DNA of 64,000 bases from Octopus vulgaris. Lineage: Eukaryota. Each line of letters begins with the position of its first letter. The stretch's first letter is position 1. A program made the translations under genes and the position numbers. This document shows, piece by piece, positions 57,051 through 64,000 of this stretch. Under the pieces are notes generated by a model. The model worked only from the letters and a program-made list of their open reading frames with translations. It made no database searches and had not been told where the DNA came from. The DNA is taken from contig OX597835.1 in the NCBI GenBank assembly GCA_951406725.2, positions 26,164,001-26,228,000 of the forward strand, written 5' to 3'.

Positions 57051-57755
57051 GTGTACAAAGGAGCGAAAGCTAGATTTGAACGCATTCTAGGGAACGACGA
57101 AAACGGTATATGCCCCCTGTACCGCAACAAGTTCTGGAATAGGTTAGAGAGGGACACCAACAAAAAGATGAGAAACGTTACTTGGTACGATAACAGGAGA
57201 TTTCACGGAGTGATGTTCGTTGACGCCACACCTATGAACGAGCTAAGTAAGGCATTCAAGAAAGTCCTGCGCACTACGGGCCTAAAAGTTAAAGTTGTAG
57301 AAAAGACAGGTAGGACTATCAAATCGGCATTATGCAGATCATATCCATTTGATAGAATCACCTGTCAGAGTAATTGTGCAGTGTGTTCGACAAATCCACA
57401 CGTAAATTGTAAAACCAAGGGCACTGTATACCAGATTAAGTGCCAGGAGGGAGCTTCCGCGGCTAACCCGGAGTCATACATAGGTGAGACCTCTAGAAGC
57501 ATCAATGATAGGTTCAAAGAACACCTGGACAACTACATTGAAAGGAAGCCAAACTCCATCTTCTACCAACATGCTGTAGACTGCCACAAGGGATCCTTAG
57601 GGGAGCTTAAGTTGAACATCCTATCTACACATCCCACCGATGCAATGTTGAGACAGGTCACAGAAGCTGTTTGTATACAAGAATACAAACCTACTCTCAA
57701 CCGAAAGTCCGAATGGAATAACATCCAGATCCCATTCAGAAGGACTATTCTATAA
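57051..57755 (+). CDS. Inverted duplicate of the PLE C-terminus (GIY-YIG endonuclease portion)
   Basis: The 234-aa translation is identical to the C-terminal part of 55036-57033. Confidence 0.88.
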   Translation: MYKGAKARFERILGNDENGICPLYRNKFWNRLERDTNKKMRNVTWYDNRRFHGVMFVDATPMNELSKAFKKVLRTTGLKVKVVEKTGRTIKSALCRSYPFDRITCQSNCAVCSTNPHVNCKTKGTVYQIKCQEGASAANPESYIGETSRSINDRFKEHLDNYIERKPNSIFYQHAVDCHKGSLGELKLNILSTHPTDAMLRQVTEAVCIQEYKPTLNRKSEWNNIQIPFRRTIL

Positions 57756-58727
57756 CCACCCCTCTCTCTCTCTCCCTTTCACCTGTAGTCCTTACATACA
57801 GGTTGCAATGCGTATGTGCAGTTATATACAACGGTATGAGCAGACGTTGTTTGATACGAACAGTCGCACCTAGGCGTTGTACCCATTCACGGTTAGACGA
57901 CGATGAGAGGAACAAACACACACCCACACACATATATATATATGTGTGTGCGTCTATACAAACATATATGTAAATATGTATACAACCTTCAGCTAAGTAA
58001 CAGTCATGTACACAACTTGGACGGACACATGCCAGTACACGGACATACGTTCACATACACATACACATGTACACACTCTCACGGACACATCTGCCCATTC
58101 TCCTAGACACTCACATACATACGTAGCACATGAATACAAACATACATACATACCTACGTATGGGCATACACACGTACATACGCACGTACATGTACACACA
58201 CACATACATGGGCACATGCATACGGGCGCGTATACATACATACGCACATGCGTACGTATGTACATACATACATACATACATACATACATACATACATACA
58301 TACATACATACATACATACGCACATACATACATACATACGAACAATAGTAAAACATTAGTTCTGTGATATAGAGATAAAAATCTGATAATAGATTTTAGG
58401 GTATAGTTCTTGTGAGCAAGCGTCATAAATTCACTTTCTAGCCTCGGCCGTAGGGAGTTGAAATTTGATAGCGTTGTGATGAGTGGTCACTCTACATCCA
58501 TCCATCGCTACAGGTTTATAACTTTATGTTTTATAGAGTGTATGTGCGTGCTTATACACACACATACATATATACATACATACATACATACATACATGCA
58601 TACACAGGCGTATGTGCGGACATGAATACGTACATACATACACACATGTATGCATACATACACACATACATACGTACATACATATATATGACGAACTAAC
58701 TGTTACTTTCTTAGATGCAGCACGGAC

Positions 58728-58777
58728 TTTGTCAGTGAACAGGTCGCGGATTTTAGCGACGAAAATATTTTGACAAA
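58728..58777 (+). ncRNA. Minimal type I hammerhead ribozyme, G3-C8 core variant
   Basis: tttgtca-GTGAACA-g-gtcgc(ggatttta)gcgac-GAA-aatatt-T-tgacaaa: 7-bp stem I, 5-bp stem II, palindromic stem III. It lies in the PLE 3' region in sense orientation. Confidence 0.75.
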
Positions 58778-58915
58778 TTAAACTTAAATGTTGGAGTGAA
58801 TCGAACGGCTTTTGTGTGTTTCTTAAATGGCTTATAAACACCTCCCACGCTGCAATTGTTTTCGTTTCAGCACACGATCTCAGATCAAATTACTTGCTAT
58901 GCGAGTACATCTCCG

Positions 58916-58953
<38 letters not shown>

Positions 58954-58964
58954 GTGTATATGCA

Positions 58965-59056
<92 letters not shown>

Positions 59057-59593
59057 GCTATACATTTTTTTACATATATACATACATCTGCATATATAGT
59101 GTACATATATGTTGTTATTATCTGGAGAATAACACCATATATGTTAGAGAATAGACACACAGTACATATGTGTGGAGTTTGGTTGTGTATTAACTAAAAA
59201 CTTAACATGTTTTTTTCTTAACTAAAACATTCCAGCAATGGTCTATACTCGTAAACAAAAACTTCAAAAGAAATATCAACTAGTATCGTCGCCAAGGGAT
59301 CGAACTTCGCGTCTCCTCTAGACTGTGAGCCTGTCATTTATTTTATTATACGAACTGCAATATTTCTTATTTCATTAATTTTTTTACATTTTATTTATTT
59401 GTTTGTTTCAAAAATGAACATCTGTGTTTGAGCTGTAATATAATTTTTTATAATCAATATATATGTTGATGTCTAGCTAGGATAAATACACGTATACGCA
59501 TATTGCATGCATTTGTATATACATACATGTTATATATGCATGTACGTACGCAAAATGTACACACACACACACACACATATATAGATAGATATA

Positions 59594-59633
<40 letters not shown>

Positions 59634-59635
59634 TG

Positions 59636-59709
<74 letters not shown>

Positions 59710-59719
59710 TGTATGTATG

Positions 59720-59767
<48 letters not shown>

Positions 59768-59789
59768 TATATATGAATATATACAAGAC

Positions 59790-62030
59790 AAAAAAGAGTG
59801 AAAAAACTACAGAAGGCTTGTGTTATATGGTTAAAGAATATATTTAAATCGTTGTGTTAGAAAAATGTTATAAAGTTTTTTGTATATTAATATTGCTTTG
59901 GGAGAAATAACCGGTTTCATATTTTCTTTTCATATTTCTCAAATTTCTTTACCTATGTCATGTCATGTCTTCGCTATGTTGAAATACGGAGTTACAGATA
60001 GGGGAAGGTAATCAGGGATTTTTTCCGGAGAAACGGAGATAATCAAACATGTTGGGAATGACTAGGTTTTATCAATTTAACATGATTTGGTTTAGAAGGA
60101 ATAGAATGTTACAAGTGGTTAGGTTTTGCTGTATACTTTTTTCAATGAGGTGAGTTTCCTTATTTAAAAATGTTAGAAATGGTTAAGTTTTGGCTTATAT
60201 TTTTTGATGAAGAAGGTTTCCTTATTTAATCTAACTTGTGTTCCATGGCATATTGATAGAATGAAAGGATTACAAATTGTGGTAGCATTTGCTTTGCTCA
60301 TTTTTCAATATGTTCACTAAAGGGTATCATTCTGTATTCTGGGAATGCAATCTGCTGTCGATGCAGAGTGCATCTGCGCCTTAGCGATAATCCTGTGGAT
60401 CCTATGTAGTTTTGGTGGCAACCCGAGCATCTTATGATATAAATCAGGTTTTTTGAAGCACACGTAAAATTAGATTTGATTTTGAATTTTTGTCCTCTTT
60501 GGAGAGGAATTCTGATCCTTCTAGGAGTTTTGGGCATGTTGCGCAATTTGGTCGACTACATTTTTTAAACTTTTGCATCCGTTATTTTAGAAAATAGTTT
60601 TGACTTTGTGAGGATCTTTTTTAGTGATTTTGTTTGTGTGTAGATTTTAATGATTTTATGTATGTCTAAAATTTCCTTTAATTTGAGTCCTTATGTAGCA
60701 TTGGTAAATGTAAATTTTGGGTGATGATGGTGAAAGGTTCTTTGTTTCTGGGGTTGTATGTGGATATGTACGGCAGTATTTTCAGGGAAGGTGTGTTGCA
60801 GTGTTGAACTTTTCTTAAGGTTTCTATGTCGATTTGTGTTGCACGTCAAATTTCCTCCTCTATGAGTTGAACTGGGTAGTGTCTGTCAATTAGGGTGTTT
60901 TTGAGTTCTTTCTGTCTAAAGTCTCTGGTATTTTGTTCTGACACTATTGTTCATATCCTTCCTGCAAGGTTGAAGGGGATGATTGTTTTGGTGTGTCTTG
61001 GGTGGCATGAATCAAAAAGTAGATATTGTTTGGCGTTTTGTAAAATATGTCCGTCTCTATTCTTAGGTTTATTTTTTTTAATTAGTATATCCAAGAATGG
61101 GAGCTCCTTTTGGTTGTACTCCATTGTGACTTGTATTTTGGAGTTAACGCTGTTCAATAGGCTTTTGAATTTCAGGAGTTTATCTGTGTTTGCATTCCAG
61201 AGTATGAAACAGTCGTCTAGGAATCTTTTCCAATTCTCTTTTATGTATTGGGAAAGGGTGTTTCCAAAGGTAGATAAAGATTCCTGGTATATTATTATTT
61301 CCAGGTAGCCCATTGTTAGGTTCGCAATGACTGGTGATGTAGCACCCATAGCAATTCCGGATTTTTGACGGTAAAACGTATTGTCAAACATGAAATGGTT
61401 GTTTCGTAGGATGAATTCAACCGATTTAGTTATGAATTCTTTACTGATCCTTTTTGGTATTTGTTCCGGAAATTGGTCCAGCCAGAACTGAATTGCCTCT
61501 AGCCCATAATTATGAGGTATACTGGTATATAAATTAATTACATCAAATGAAACCATGATTGTTTCTTCCTTGACTTTTTCGGAGGTGATTTAACATATCC
61601 AAGTCATCTCTGATATGGCTATTGATGTGTTTAAGGAAGGGTTTCAGGAGGATCTCCATAGCCTGTGTTTCACAGGCTGGGTCAGCTTTAAAGGGTCGTA
61701 GTTTTAGATCCCCCGGGTTTGGTGTATGCATGTACGTCTTTGGTGATTTTTTTAATGGTTTCATTTATAATCTGGCTTTTGTGGATTTTTGGTAGACCAC
61801 AGAAATGGCTAGGTTTGCATTTAAAGTTTGTTAGAAAGTCAATCTCTTTGGTTGTCAGTTCTTTTCCGTGGGTTTTAATTAGTGAGGACAGAGTTTTCAC
61901 CATTTTTTGCGGGGTGTAGTTTGTGATATTTTCATAATGTTGACTGTCATCAAGCATGGAGATTACCAGATTTCTATAATATAATGTGTCCATTATTATA
62001 ACTGCACTTCCTTTATCTGCTTCCTTAATC
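59790..62030 (-). pseudogene. Degenerate Neptune-type PLE (RT + GIY-YIG, frameshifted)
   Basis: IKEADKGSAVIIMD, FCGLPKIHK, VSFDVINLYTSIP, RQKSGIAMG, WKRFLDDCF, LPFLDI, LIYIIRCSGCHQNYIGST across several frames; homologous to 17934-19176. Confidence 0.9.
59903..59948 (-). ncRNA. Minimal type I hammerhead ribozyme, U3-A8 core variant
   Basis: Minus strand: agaaat-TTGAGAA-atat(gaaaagaaa)atat-GAA-accggt-T-atttct. Same stem III palindrome ACCGGT as the 17258 motif but different stems I and II. Confidence 0.68.
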
Positions 62031-62450
62031 GTTGTGATGATCTGGTGGTGGGGAGTCTATATCTTGGAAATCCGTCGGCCCAATAGTTTCCCTTCATGGC
62101 AGAATTAATAGTCAAAACTATTTGAGTATTTTATCTGATCAAATTCTTCCTATGGTTGTGGAACTGTTTCCGGAGGGAAACGGAATCTTTCTGGATGATA
62201 ATGCACCAATTCACACTGCTAAATTTGTTACAGAATGGCACGAGGAACATTCTAGTGAAGTTGAACATCCTATCTGACCACCACAGACCCCAGATCTCAA
62301 TATTATTGAAAATTTATGATGCATTTTAGAAAAACAAGCAAGGAGTCAATATCCTCCACAACCATCACTACAAAAACTGGAGATTTATTTTTGCTGAAGA
62401 ATGGACAAAAATTTCATTTGGAAATAATTCAAACTATGTACGAATCCATA
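62031..62450 (+). pseudogene. Tc1 (DD34E-type) transposase catalytic fragment
   Basis: VMIW..ISWKSVGP..GRINSQNYLSIL, IFLDDNAPIHTAK, PPQTPDLNIIENL. Confidence 0.82.
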
Positions 62451-62734
62451 CATAAATATATATATGCGCCATTTTAAAGCCTAGCCAAACTCATGGGCCC
62501 GGTTTCCCGCTTTCAATGTTGTATGTGTTCCCCAGCAGGACCGGACGCCAGTCCATGGCAGCGTTACTCATTTTTGCCAGCTGAGTGGACTGGAGCAACG
62601 TGAAATGAAGTGTTTTGCTCAAGAAGACAATGCGTCGCCCGGTTCAGGAATCGAAACCACAATCTTACGATCATGATGCTGACACCCTAACCACTAAGCC
62701 TCGTGCGTCCACACACACACACACACACACACAC

Positions 62735-63116
62735 ATCTGTAAATGTAATATGTGACAATTATTCGGAAGCCATGGTAAAACTCCGAGTTTCGGATGTCGG
62801 GGTGCAAATCCACGCTGTCATCTCTTCAGTTATCCAGCCATCGGAAAAAATGCTATTTGCAATTTTCTCCAAATTTTCTTAGAGTATAGTTCCCTTGATG
62901 GTATAGGTATGTTTTTCATAGAATAATCGATGTAGTAGGCACCCATATAGAATTGAATTCTTCTGCGGGGCAGAGTCCTCAAACGATGTCTGGGATAGCA
63001 TTTTTTCCGATGGCCGGATAACCGAAGAAATGGCGGTGTGGATTTCCACCCTGACATCCGAAACTCGGAGTTTTATCATGGCAACCGAATAATTGTCACA
63101 TAGTATATTTACAGAT
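62735..63116. mobile_element. PLE pLTR pair in inverted orientation enclosing an ORF N-terminus
   Basis: 62735-62856 is the reverse complement of 62995-63116 (diverged). The spacer encodes DYSMKNIPIPSRELYSKK on the minus strand, a PLE N-terminal motif. Confidence 0.75.
62774..62835 (-). ncRNA. Hammerhead ribozyme motif (second, decayed copy at 63016-63077 +)
   Basis: ggataa-CTGAAGA-gatg..catc-c-GAA-actc(g)gagt-T-ttacc. The other arm has a perfect stem I (gataa/ttatc) but a CCGAAGA core. Confidence 0.62.
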
Positions 63117-63263
63117 AAATTCCTCTATTTACATAATATCGAGGTCGCTTTCATTCTTTTGTTGTCTTACCATTTCTATCAATATATATCATATATGTAT
63201 ATATACATATATATATATACATATATATATATAGATTTGATGTATATGTATACATGCACGCAT

Positions 63264-63369
<106 letters not shown>

Positions 63370-63820
63370 GTGCGTACACATGTATATATATATATGCACA
63401 CACACAAACATACACACATCCCTAAATATTCCCCATCATTTCCTTTTTAACTCCTACTTTCTTTATCCCTTACTCTCTTTTATTGTCTTCTATTGCCCTC
63501 ACTCCCGCTCTTTATCCCTCATCCACTCACATGTACACTTTCTCTCTCATTCTCTCTCACACTCTTCTCCTTCCTTCCTTCCCTTCCTTCCTTCCTCTCT
63601 TCTTTTCCATCTTCTTCTCCCCTTTCATTCACTTGATATCCTCTCCCCGCCCCCATACTTTACTCTGTCTATTTCTTGTACTCCTCCCTCCCTTTCTTTA
63701 TCTCTCTGTCTCTCACTCAGTCTCTTTCACTCACAGCTATCTCCATTATTCTCTCTCATCTTTCTCATCCCTCACTTCCCCCATCCCTCTCCCTGCCTCC
63801 CTCCCAATCTCTCTTTCTCC

Positions 63821-63862
<42 letters not shown>

Positions 63863-64000
63863 ATCTACAATTCACTCTTCCGTCCTTCCTCCCTCGAGCC
63901 ATCAGTCTGATATAACTAATATTTGCCGACAATCTCCTCACTCACCAGATGAAACCTCAAATCTCCTCAACCACCGAAGACTATCAGCTCAGAATCATAT

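Larger units (their letters stand above)
53939..58917. mobile_element. Penelope-like element with large inverted 3' duplication (arms 53939-55771 and 57020-58860)
   Basis: 57021 tccggatacacacaagacgatagagtcagg is the reverse complement of 55741-55770. Arm ends are aacaattgcagcgtggg / cccacgctgcaattgtt. Both outer ends abut (TA)n. Confidence 0.93.

Overview
AT-rich, microsatellite-saturated eukaryotic DNA with no recognisable host gene. The SINE families and repeat landscape suggest an octopus-like cephalopod (inference). Almost all ORF-track entries are translations of (TA)n/(CA)n/(ATCT)n/(TACA)n/(TTA)n/(GAA)n tracts. The real content is mobile DNA. (1) Penelope-like elements (PLEs): a young RT+GIY-YIG element with an uninterrupted 665-aa ORF forming a ~4.9-kb quasi-palindrome (53939-58917), two Neptune-type copies, and several small inverted-repeat (pLTR) remnants. 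(2) LINE fragments (Tx1/L1, CR1-like, RTE, R4/Dong, CRE), Tc1/mariner relics and Helitron-like pieces. (3) About 30 copies of three tRNA-derived SINE families and a 5'-truncated U2 snRNA copy. The most notable hidden layer is a set of minimal type I hammerhead ribozyme motifs in PLE-related DNA. Their catalytic-core 3-8 pair takes four forms (C-G, G-C, U-A, U-G), and one sits in a non-coding, highly structured, retrozyme-like ~290-nt unit. All folds were read by eye; no activity or database match has been tested.
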